Below are positions 1-7,874 of a DNA stretch of 64,000 nt, piece by piece. Both the position numbers and the translations under genes were made by a program. The stretch is taken from IMG/VR virus record IMGVR_UViG_3300017781_004450, positions 13,088 to 77,087 of that record, one strand, 5' to 3'. Every line of letters starts with the position of its first letter. Position 1 is the first letter of the stretch. This DNA is from a virus. The notes below the pieces were generated by a model. It ran no database searches. It was not told the origin of the DNA and saw only the letters and a program-made list of their open reading frames with translations.

Positions 1-326
1 GCTTTAAATAATTTTGTTTTATCTTCTTTGTAGTTCTCTTTTGCAAAGTCTATATAGTCTTCCATAGGTGGTTGTTCGTCTGCAATGTTTGGCCAGTTAG
101 CGTCATTAGAAAAATATTGATTATGCTTAAACCATTTGTTATCTTCGTCATCAGTTTGCCATATTGCATCTTCAGGACATTCAGGAACACACACTCCGCA
201 ATCAATACATTCATCAGGATTAATTACTAGCATGTTTTCACCCTCATAAAAACAATCTACAGGGCAAACACTTACACAGGTTGTGTGTTTACAGTTAATA
301 CATTTGTCGTCAACTACATGAGTCAT
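1..326 (-). CDS. fdxA: 7Fe/8Fe ferredoxin (FdxA-type), 3' end runs off the window edge
   Basis: Not in the ORF track. Manual translation from ATG at 326: [55 protein letters not shown]..., with two Cys clusters typical of FdxA. No stop before position 1. Confidence 0.9.
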   Translation of the reverse strand, partial: MTHVVDDKCINCKHTTCVSVCPVDCFYEGENMLVINPDECIDCGVCVPECPEDAIWQTDDEDNKWFKHNQYFSNDANWPNIADEQPPMEDYIDFAKENYKEDKTKLFK

Positions 327-327
327 T

Positions 328-573
328 TTATACTAGCCAATTATATATAGCCCTTAATGCTAATAATAGATACATACCTTCCATTAATGCCCTAGGTATA
401 TCTTTATCTTTAATACCAAAGTAAATCCACATTGCACAACTAACTGTAGCAACTGCCCAGCCTATCCATTGTGTTTCTGGATTAGCGTCTGAAAGAATAA
501 AAGCAGCAATAATTGCAAGTAAGAAACCAACCCACCTAGGACCATCTATGTCGTGGTAGTATCTTATCTTCAT
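328..573 (-). CDS. small membrane protein, hypothetical
   Basis: 81 aa, three hydrophobic segments, coupled to the clamp loader gene. Confidence 0.65.
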   Translation of the reverse strand: MKIRYYHDIDGPRWVGFLLAIIAAFILSDANPETQWIGWAVATVSCAMWIYFGIKDKDIPRALMEGMYLLLALRAIYNWLV

Positions 574-1484
574 AGTCTTGCTAACTTAATTAATGTTGCA
601 GCCAAGTTAATCTCTGGATCAGCAACAAGTGTATGATCTACTAGTCCTTGTTTAATAACAATTACTGCTGTGTCTTGTTTTTCTTCTTCACCGAATATTT
701 CTAAATTATCATAAAGCCAACGATAGATCTCTTCCATTTCCTCAGCACGTACTTTACCACAAAGCAGTTTACGTGCTTGTGTAATCTTACCTTCTTTAAA
801 TAGTTCAACCATTTCAAACTTCCAGTCAGCTTCACCTTCGTCACCTCTAGTAGGCGAACTTAGTTTAGTACCACTGACGTTTTGTTGCACCATATTAATA
901 CATTTACGTAAGTCTGGGTATGCTACCTTAACATAATTATCAAGTGTATCTAATTCAAACTCTATGTTTTCTTCAACAAGAATAGTTGCAACCCTTGCAG
1001 TAAATTCTGTCTGATCAATCTTCTCAATATGAAAGCCTTGACACCTGCTGTGAATAGCAGGAATAATTCTATTAGGGTAGTTACAAGTTAAAACAAATCT
1101 TGATGTGCTATGATATTCTTCCATAACACCACGCAATGCCGCTTGTGCATTAGGCGACAAGTAATCAGCCTCATCTAATAGTACAACCTTAAATGGACCA
1201 AATGGAATAGTTTGTACAAAGCCTGTAATCTTATCTCGAATTTCATCAACAGAGTTATTTCTACTAGCATTAAGTTCTAGTACATCATATCCTTCAATGC
1301 CTAGTTCATTAACAAGCATCTTTGCCATAGTAGTTTTACCGATACCGGCTGCGCCACTAAACAACAAATGCGGAATACTTTCATCTTTGACCCATGCTTG
1401 TACCTGTGCTTTCTGATGATTGTCTCTAAAAACATAATCTTCAAGTTTCTTAGGACGATACTTTTCTACCCATAACTCTTTCAT
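570..1484 (-). CDS. sliding-clamp loader ATPase subunit (RFC small subunit / T4 gp44-like)
   Basis: WVEKYRP N-terminus, Walker A GAAGIGKT, ELNAS, Walker B LLDEAD, SRC motif. Confidence 0.92.
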   Translation of the reverse strand: MKELWVEKYRPKKLEDYVFRDNHQKAQVQAWVKDESIPHLLFSGAAGIGKTTMAKMLVNELGIEGYDVLELNASRNNSVDEIRDKITGFVQTIPFGPFKVVLLDEADYLSPNAQAALRGVMEEYHSTSRFVLTCNYPNRIIPAIHSRCQGFHIEKIDQTEFTARVATILVEENIEFELDTLDNYVKVAYPDLRKCINMVQQNVSGTKLSSPTRGDEGEADWKFEMVELFKEGKITQARKLLCGKVRAEEMEEIYRWLYDNLEIFGEEEKQDTAVIVIKQGLVDHTLVADPEINLAATLIKLARL

Positions 1485-1891
1485 TCCGACTCCTTAATGC
1501 GTTTTCTCAAATTAGTTGTACTAAATGAGTGTTGTCTTTTATTATAGTGTATTTTAATATTTTTGTCAACACATATTTGTTTGGCAGTAAAGTCTTTATC
1601 TTTGTATTCTTCACCAATAAAACGTATATCTATTCCGTATGTAAGAAAAATGTCCGTTAAGTCTTTTTCGGATTCATAAGGAATAATTTCGTCAATATAC
1701 TTACAACCTTCAAGTTGTACATAACGCTCAAACACACTTTGGATTGGCTTATTCTTATTGGGTCTATCGATTGTAGGATCTGTTTGCAAACCAACAATCA
1801 TATAGTCGCAGTTTGCTCTTGCTTCTTTAAGCATAGCAACATGTCCACTATGGAACAAGTCAAATGATGATGCTGTAAACCCTCGTGTCAA
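1481..1891 (-). CDS. cytidylyltransferase (TagD/glycerol-3-phosphate cytidylyltransferase-like)
   Basis: FDLFHSGH (HxGH) motif and C-terminal RQHSFSTT motif. Confidence 0.85.
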   Translation of the reverse strand: MTRGFTASSFDLFHSGHVAMLKEARANCDYMIVGLQTDPTIDRPNKNKPIQSVFERYVQLEGCKYIDEIIPYESEKDLTDIFLTYGIDIRFIGEEYKDKDFTAKQICVDKNIKIHYNKRQHSFSTTNLRKRIKESE

Positions 1892-2292
1892 AGATCACCT
1901 TCTTGTCTGTTTTCTGAATAGTGAACATCAAACTCACCACCCGGATAACGCTTCTTTAATTTGTTAACATTCTCTGCTACGACCTCATTAGGATCCAGCC
2001 CCAATGCACGGCAACTATTGACCCAATACCAAATAATATCGCCAAGTTCTCGTTTAGCATGAAACTTAGTTTCATCGTCCATAGGTTTACCTTGAAATAT
2101 ACATTTCTTAACAATTTCTGCAAATTCGCCTCCTTCTGATGCAATACCAATAGCACCTGTCATTAATAATGAAATATTAACTTCGTCATTTAATTCATGT
2201 AAACGAGCCTGTGTATAAGCCCAATCGTTTGATTCTTCTGATGTTACTTCTTTTACAAAGTCTTTATACTTGTTTAGATCTACTGTAGACAT
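1888..2292 (-). CDS. MazG-like nucleotide pyrophosphohydrolase
   Basis: SEGGEFAEIVKK...RELGDIIWY...NVNKLKKRYP pattern. Confidence 0.85.
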   Translation of the reverse strand: MSTVDLNKYKDFVKEVTSEESNDWAYTQARLHELNDEVNISLLMTGAIGIASEGGEFAEIVKKCIFQGKPMDDETKFHAKRELGDIIWYWVNSCRALGLDPNEVVAENVNKLKKRYPGGEFDVHYSENRQEGDL

Positions 2293-2320
2293 CTATATTT
2301 CCTTTACTGTTTATTGCTTT

Positions 2321-2349
2321 ATTATATAATAGTACTTTATACTTGTCAA
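2321..2349 (-). promoter_or_regulatory. sigma70-type promoter TTGACA-17-TATAAT driving the MazG-cytidylyltransferase-clamp loader operon
   Basis: Perfect consensus on the minus strand: tgtcaa 2344-2349, attata 2321-2326. Confidence 0.85.
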
Positions 2350-2358
2350 CCCCTAAGG

Positions 2359-2364
2359 TAAATA
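2359..2364 (+). promoter_or_regulatory. late-type TAAATA box (leadered transcript)
   Basis: TAAATA followed by a short hairpin, an AGGAG SD and ATG 2403. Confidence 0.55.
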
Positions 2365-2402
2365 TTTTTAACAGCATTCGCTGGTTAACAGGAGAACAAC
2401 CC

Positions 2403-2591
2403 ATGATTAGAAATCTTTCACTAAACCTTGAAGTAGGACAAGAAATCCTTGTCGGTAAAAACAATAAACGTGCTAGAATTACGAAAATAGAGTTCCATGA
2501 AAAATCAGGGGAAGTTACAATTAATACGACCCAAGGCCCACGTAAGGCCTTGACGTTTAGATTAATGCCGGATTTAGAATACGCTTATTGA
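2403..2591 (+). CDS. small hypothetical phage protein (start revised to ATG 2403)
   Basis: AGGAG SD upstream of ATG 2403; MIRNLSLNLEVGQEILVGK..., beta-rich. Confidence 0.65.
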   Translation: MIRNLSLNLEVGQEILVGKNNKRARITKIEFHEKSGEVTINTTQGPRKALTFRLMPDLEYAY

Positions 2592-2980
2592 GCACCGAAG
2601 TCACCTGCGTCAAATGTAGCAGTGTCACCATCGCTATAATGTTGTCCCCAGTAGGCTAATTCAGGTTCAAAGTCGTCTGTACCAACAGCAAGAATTGCAG
2701 ACTTTTCAACTTTTTGTATCTCGACCTCACCTAGGTCGGGATCGTCTACCTTTATCTTTCTTGTCCAACGACCATGTTCAATTAAGATCCAATCGTTTTT
2801 TTGGTAATCGTCTTTGTTCTCAGAACCTTTATCGTAGACTTTTGCCCAACGACTTTTAACACCGTGTGCTTTTGCATCGTCAGCGGCCATGATAATACCG
2901 CCTTTAGTTTTAGTTTCACCGAAATGCATTCCGTATACTAAAACATCATCGTGGAGGGGAGTGAGTTTACCTTTGATCAT
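2585..2980 (-). CDS. GroES/Cpn10-like co-chaperonin
   Basis: LTPLHDDVLV...ETKTKGGIIM mobile-loop motif. Confidence 0.8.
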   Translation of the reverse strand: MIKGKLTPLHDDVLVYGMHFGETKTKGGIIMAADDAKAHGVKSRWAKVYDKGSENKDDYQKNDWILIEHGRWTRKIKVDDPDLGEVEIQKVEKSAILAVGTDDFEPELAYWGQHYSDGDTATFDAGDFGAQ

Positions 2981-3002
2981 TTGCCTTGTCCTATCTAAAA
3001 AT

Positions 3003-3224
3003 TTATTTTTTTCTACTTACAATTTCTTCTTTGATTGCTCTTGGATTCTGCTTATAGTAATCTGATAGAACTTCTTCTCTTGTTCTAACAATTTTTCCAC
3101 CTGCGCCTAACTCGTCGCCACGTGCATTTACTTTAGCATTACCAACTGCTGGAAGTTCTTCATTTTTGAGATTAAGTTTCTCCATGTCAACTTCCTTACC
3201 TCTCATACTTCTTACTAGTGCCAT
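3003..3224 (-). CDS. hypothetical phage protein
   Basis: 73 aa, AGGAG SD, coupled to the upstream gene. Confidence 0.7.
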   Translation of the reverse strand: MALVRSMRGKEVDMEKLNLKNEELPAVGNAKVNARGDELGAGGKIVRTREEVLSDYYKQNPRAIKEEIVSRKK

Positions 3225-3697
3225 TATATTTCTCCTTTAAAGAATTCATTTAGTGGTATATTGTATTTAATACTATCTACCTTGTGTACCCCCATTAAAT
3301 AGAGTACAAAACTAGCAACACTACTACCTCTACCAACACCCCAAACAATATTCTTTTCTCTAAGTGTATCTATTATATATGCCATCTGTTTGAGTAGCGG
3401 AAATAAATCTCGCTTCTCATACTCTGCTAGTTCTATATTTACACGTTCCACCTCAGTATCATTCGAACATTTGGCTAACAAATGTTGCTTAATGTCCATG
3501 TCTTGATATTTGTAAGGAAGGAACCAATTGGTAGAATCTATTGATTGTTTAGGAAGAGGATAGTTAAGAAACTCTTTTTCTATCTTATTTTTGTATTTGC
3601 TTAGATCATCATTGCACACACAGTTCTCAAGTATGTCAGGGCCATACTTAACTATGCCTTTAATTAGTTGATCAGTAGTATTATTCTCAGTCCACAT
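3224..3697 (-). CDS. stand-alone fragment of DNA polymerase III alpha (DnaE, GRGS palm region)
   Basis: ERVNIELAEY...IVWGVGRGSSVASFVLYLMGVHKVDSIKYNIPLNEFF matches DnaE GxGRGSxxxSLVxYxLGITxxDPxxxxLxFERF; ends before the catalytic PDIDxD motif. Confidence 0.75.
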   Translation of the reverse strand: MWTENNTTDQLIKGIVKYGPDILENCVCNDDLSKYKNKIEKEFLNYPLPKQSIDSTNWFLPYKYQDMDIKQHLLAKCSNDTEVERVNIELAEYEKRDLFPLLKQMAYIIDTLREKNIVWGVGRGSSVASFVLYLMGVHKVDSIKYNIPLNEFFKGEI

Positions 3698-3923
3698 TTA
3701 TTAGTTGATCCAAATCTTTCTCTTGTTCTTCGTCAAATTTTGCTTGTATTGCTCTCTGACGTAGTTCATTTCTATATATTGTAACAAAAGTTTGAAGTTG
3801 TGTCAACAGTTGATTGTTCCCTAAACGCTGGGCTTGGTAATATTTTTTGTTCAATTCGCTTAGTTTAAGCTCTACATCACTAGTAGATACTTCGGATAAG
3901 TTTTCTTCTAATGGATGAAACAT
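3687..3923 (-). CDS. hypothetical coiled-coil protein
   Basis: 78 aa ORF within the operon. Confidence 0.65.
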   Translation of the reverse strand: MFHPLEENLSEVSTSDVELKLSELNKKYYQAQRLGNNQLLTQLQTFVTIYRNELRQRAIQAKFDEEQEKDLDQLINVD

Positions 3924-3924
3924 A

Positions 3925-4539
3925 TTAACTAAATGTGCCCAAATGCCTCATGTAAATGAACTCTTGGCTGTGTCGCCAAACTTCAATAAACACAGGATCT
4001 GTGGTAGAAGTTAATGTAAGTGATGCTGGAAAAGCACTATCTTTCTTAATTACAGTGCCGCCTGTAGTTGTAAATGTTACTGCTCTGTCACCAACACCTG
4101 AAGCGTATAGTTCCAAAGTTACTTTACTTACTCCACCTTGTGCTGTTGTTTCTTCACCATTTGCAGGATCTCCTGCAAAGTTTGTGAACTGTAAGTTAAG
4201 TGCAGATGATGCGTTAATAATAAAATAAGAGCCAGTTTGGTAATCAATTTCTGTCGTTGTTCCGCCAACAAGTGGTACTGTACCCAAATTATTAGTTTTA
4301 TCTCTGTTATTTGCCATAACAGCTCTAGTAACTTGATTAAGTTGAAAGTCATTAATGTATGACCCACCGCCTGGATTGGATAATCTAGCGGCAGTTGACT
4401 CAAGACTAGTAATTTCAGTCTTGGCTGTGTTTAAACTTGTTTTAATAGTATCGAAATTATCCCTGAATGTTTGGGTGTCGTTATCGGCACCTGCTACAGG
4501 AAAGTTTTCGTTTATGCTCAAATAATTTATATTACTCAC
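3925..4539 (-). CDS. virion structural protein (baseplate/tail-associated)
   Basis: N-terminal FPVAGADNDTQTFRDNFDTIK coiled motif, Thr/Gly-rich beta region, follows a baseplate-like gene. Confidence 0.6.
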   Translation of the reverse strand: MSNINYLSINENFPVAGADNDTQTFRDNFDTIKTSLNTAKTEITSLESTAARLSNPGGGSYINDFQLNQVTRAVMANNRDKTNNLGTVPLVGGTTTEIDYQTGSYFIINASSALNLQFTNFAGDPANGEETTAQGGVSKVTLELYASGVGDRAVTFTTTGGTVIKKDSAFPASLTLTSTTDPVFIEVWRHSQEFIYMRHLGTFS

Positions 4540-7010
4540 GGTTTCTTTTCTCCACGTTGCGGGAATACAAAGTATTTATCCTCAATTTGTCCGTCAACTA
4601 TATCTATTATATAGCGATCTGCAACAAAGTTAATAGACTTAAAATCAAACGCTTTTTGCTTGATTCTAGCTAAAATACTGTCAGCCTTCCCTGGTTTTGT
4701 ATAACACAATACTAGTGCTTTGGTAAATCCAAGTTCATAAGTCTTTGTTTCTTGGATACTTCTCATCCATAAAGGCAAAAACTCTCTGTCTCTTTCCCCA
4801 ACAGTTTGTATTCTCTTTCTCATGTTATTTACTGAATTAGGAAAAATTCTTTGATGATCTGAATCACTAACTAACGGAATATCGCTATCAATGCTAATAC
4901 TGTCGTAACTAACAATAATTTTACTGTTAATATTGTCTTTTAGTTCTATTACTTGTGATATGCTTTTACCGTTCTTTTCAAGATCGTCAATTAGATCAAC
5001 ATAGACAACTTCATATAAAGTTGATTGTGTAGTTGGATCTTTAGCTACTGCTTTTTTAACATCGCCAAACGTAAAGCGTTTGTTATAGTGATTTTGGCCC
5101 ATTGCAGAAACAAACGTTTGTGCTGTATTACTTTCAATACCTGCAAATAGTAATGCTGTTAGTTCACTTTGTACTCCGTAATTTTTATCACCATAACGAT
5201 ATATGTCATCAGGTTTAAAAACAGTAGAGTCGGTAATAAAGTTAAACCATGATAATCTTTTCTCTTTCGTTTGTAATGCTCTAACAAGTATGTTTGAGAA
5301 TACTGTTTGATTATCAGCAACAACTTTTATTTTAAACTCTCTTAATGCTTCAGCAAAGTTTGCACCGTCTTGGGCTTTTATTGTAAACTTAAACTCTTTG
5401 TCAAACGATGTTCTTTCTTGATCAAATACTAAACTAAAATTTTTAGAACGAGTTGAAGAATCTTCGCCAGCACTATCTTTTTCATAAAATCTAGTTAAGC
5501 CTAACCCTTTATTGTCTTCAAATTGTTTTACTTTACCTTGTATAAGTCCTGTAGGCAAAAATTCTAAACCTTCAGGTAACTTTCCGCTCTCTAATGTATA
5601 TAATATTCTACCGCCGTACAGTAAACTTTTTGCTTCGACGTATAAGTTACTAGGCTCATTGGGTTTAATACTTCCTCTGTCTGAAGGAGTTATCCATTCA
5701 ATCGAACTTTCGATGTCACCAATAATATCTACATTGAATGTTCTTTCAACTGTTGAAACACCTGGTACCCAAAAATCACTATCTGTAGGCAATCTGTTTT
5801 GGTTTTGCACAGTAGCAATGTATATAATACCATCATAAACAATTGCTTCATTAACATTATAAATTCTAGTGCTACTCCAATCACCTACAAGTGTGTAATT
5901 AATTGTTGCTAAGTTTGCAGGAAAGTTTACAGCTCTCATGGTGAACTGATAGTTTTTAGTTACTGCTGCTTGATAAGGAACTTTACCAGAAAGGTCACCT
6001 GTTACTGTGTCAAGTGTAAGTCCAGGTGGTATAGCACTTGCAGTACCGTCTGGATTATTATCAACCAAGAAATAAGTTATTGTACCTGACAACGTAGGTG
6101 GATCGTAAACATCTAATGCAATAGTTACAAAGTTATTTGCTCTATACCTACCTAAGTAAGGATCTGTGATCCATAACGGTTGTCTGTTACCACTGTTGTC
6201 TGCTTGGAATAAATTTGTATCAACTTGTAGTAATGTGTTATCTGCTTTTAAAAATTCTTCAGTAACAACATAAATTTTAAATGTTCTATGTATAGCGTTA
6301 ATGCCGTCAGTGACTGCAATACTAAAAGTATATTCTCTACTTAACTTTCTAGGTATCTGACTTCCTTCTGCATAGTCAAATCGTTGTGTGTCGTAAAAGT
6401 ACGTATCAAACCCTGTTGATGTATTTTTTGCAATATCGAGAGGAACAGTATCAAAAGAATGTGTATCGTATGCACCAGTGTTAGCTGCATTGTACTCTAC
6501 AGCCTGCACAGGCTCCGTAAAACCGCTGATCTTTCCTGTTTGGGACAATGACAAGCCAGGAGGTAAAAGACCGCTGTTAGGCACCAAATAATAGCTTAGA
6601 ACCTCCCCTGCTGTAATATCTTTGTCTGTTGCTTGTAATTGAAAATCTATCTTAGAATCGTCAAGTGCAAAGTATGCTTCGCCAAGCCCGACATTTAAAT
6701 ATCCTCTTTCTGTAATCCATTCTGGAAAGTCTGCACCAGTAATTGACATACTAAATGTTCTATCCATACAGCCACCAGTAGTGTCATCTGCTCTAATAAC
6801 AAATTTCTTAGTTGTATGTTTTGTAACTTCTCCAGGCGCACCTTTGATGACACCATCGGATAATACACAGCCTGTAGGAAGTGTACCAGCAATTATAGAA
6901 AATGTGATTGGGTTAGAAGTATCTGTAGATGCCTCTATTGGAATGTTGACTGTGATCCTTTCTTCGAAAGTACCTAAGTCTCCTGCTGGCGTTATCCAAG
7001 TAATTGCCAT
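4536..7010 (-). CDS. baseplate wedge-like structural protein with repeated Ig-like (He_PIG-type) domains and a CBM5/12-like insert
   Basis: Repeated WITP/WIT...G.LP.GL.L...G.I.G units; WSSTRIYNVNEAIVYDGIIYIA...P...FW carbohydrate-binding-like motif. Confidence 0.65.
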   Translation of the reverse strand: MAITWITPAGDLGTFEERITVNIPIEASTDTSNPITFSIIAGTLPTGCVLSDGVIKGAPGEVTKHTTKKFVIRADDTTGGCMDRTFSMSITGADFPEWITERGYLNVGLGEAYFALDDSKIDFQLQATDKDITAGEVLSYYLVPNSGLLPPGLSLSQTGKISGFTEPVQAVEYNAANTGAYDTHSFDTVPLDIAKNTSTGFDTYFYDTQRFDYAEGSQIPRKLSREYTFSIAVTDGINAIHRTFKIYVVTEEFLKADNTLLQVDTNLFQADNSGNRQPLWITDPYLGRYRANNFVTIALDVYDPPTLSGTITYFLVDNNPDGTASAIPPGLTLDTVTGDLSGKVPYQAAVTKNYQFTMRAVNFPANLATINYTLVGDWSSTRIYNVNEAIVYDGIIYIATVQNQNRLPTDSDFWVPGVSTVERTFNVDIIGDIESSIEWITPSDRGSIKPNEPSNLYVEAKSLLYGGRILYTLESGKLPEGLEFLPTGLIQGKVKQFEDNKGLGLTRFYEKDSAGEDSSTRSKNFSLVFDQERTSFDKEFKFTIKAQDGANFAEALREFKIKVVADNQTVFSNILVRALQTKEKRLSWFNFITDSTVFKPDDIYRYGDKNYGVQSELTALLFAGIESNTAQTFVSAMGQNHYNKRFTFGDVKKAVAKDPTTQSTLYEVVYVDLIDDLEKNGKSISQVIELKDNINSKIIVSYDSISIDSDIPLVSDSDHQRIFPNSVNNMRKRIQTVGERDREFLPLWMRSIQETKTYELGFTKALVLCYTKPGKADSILARIKQKAFDFKSINFVADRYIIDIVDGQIEDKYFVFPQRGEKKP

Positions 7011-7024
7011 TTAGACTTCGCTCC

Positions 7025-7600
7025 CTATATGCCGCCAACATCTAAATTGATTCCTGAATCATACGTTAGTGTACCAAAATCAATATTAGATCCTTGCAGT
7101 GCTAATTGTATGGCATTTTCAAATCCTGAAGCTCCAACAGGTCCGAAATCGTATGTTGTTAAGTACTCAGTTACAGGTACAATAGTTTTAAATTTAATAG
7201 TACTACCTACAGCGGTAACTTCAATATCTTTGAAACCGTTTTCTGATTGTGGCGCACTAGTACCTTCTAGAGTAATTTGTTGATGCACGTTTGCCAACAT
7301 ACTACCACTGTCTGTATCAATTCTTGTAAATGCATCTGGTGCTGTACTAGCAACTATAATTGCCTCAGGACCTTCATCAAGTTGCATTTTAGCGCCAGCT
7401 ACTAATTTTCTAAAGTTTAAGTTCGAACCAACTTTATCTGCAAACACACTAACACCATTAGCACCTGTATTGGTTGCTGTAATTGTTAGTTCTGCTTCTA
7501 GTGTAGAGAAGTTTGTATTGACTTTCTGGAACGCTGTTCGTAGATCGTCACCTAGCCCATCGTTTACAATATTACCTATGTTTATTAATTGTACTGCCAT
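7025..7600 (-). CDS. baseplate/tail protein with T4 gp9/gp10-like N-terminal motif
   Basis: NIGNIVNDGLGDDLRTAFQKVNTNF. Confidence 0.7.
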   Translation of the reverse strand: MAVQLINIGNIVNDGLGDDLRTAFQKVNTNFSTLEAELTITATNTGANGVSVFADKVGSNLNFRKLVAGAKMQLDEGPEAIIVASTAPDAFTRIDTDSGSMLANVHQQITLEGTSAPQSENGFKDIEVTAVGSTIKFKTIVPVTEYLTTYDFGPVGASGFENAIQLALQGSNIDFGTLTYDSGINLDVGGI

Positions 7601-7609
7601 TTGTCACTC

Positions 7610-7864
7610 CTAATGTAGATCCGCCCAGCCTGCTGTACTGTCACCGTTTGCATCAGCAGCGTATCCTTGAAACTTTCCTGTTGTTGTATTATAGATCATC
7701 ATACCTAACACTGGTGTAAGTGCATCTACTTCAGTCTGTGTTAGTTGTGGTGGCCCAACATATAATTCTGTAAAGTTAGAATTAATTTTTTCAAACGCCC
7801 CACGTAGAGTATCGCCTGTTCTATCGTTTGCGGATGTTCCAATGTTTACTGTAAGTTTTGCCAT
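7610..7864 (-). CDS. small tail/baseplate protein with gp9/gp10-like N-terminal motif
   Basis: NIGTSANDRTGDTLRGAFEKINSNFTELY; C-terminus GMMIYNTTT...WADLH resembles that of 60115-61629. Confidence 0.7.
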   Translation of the reverse strand: MAKLTVNIGTSANDRTGDTLRGAFEKINSNFTELYVGPPQLTQTEVDALTPVLGMMIYNTTTGKFQGYAADANGDSTAGWADLH

Positions 7865-7874
7865 CTATCCGCTC

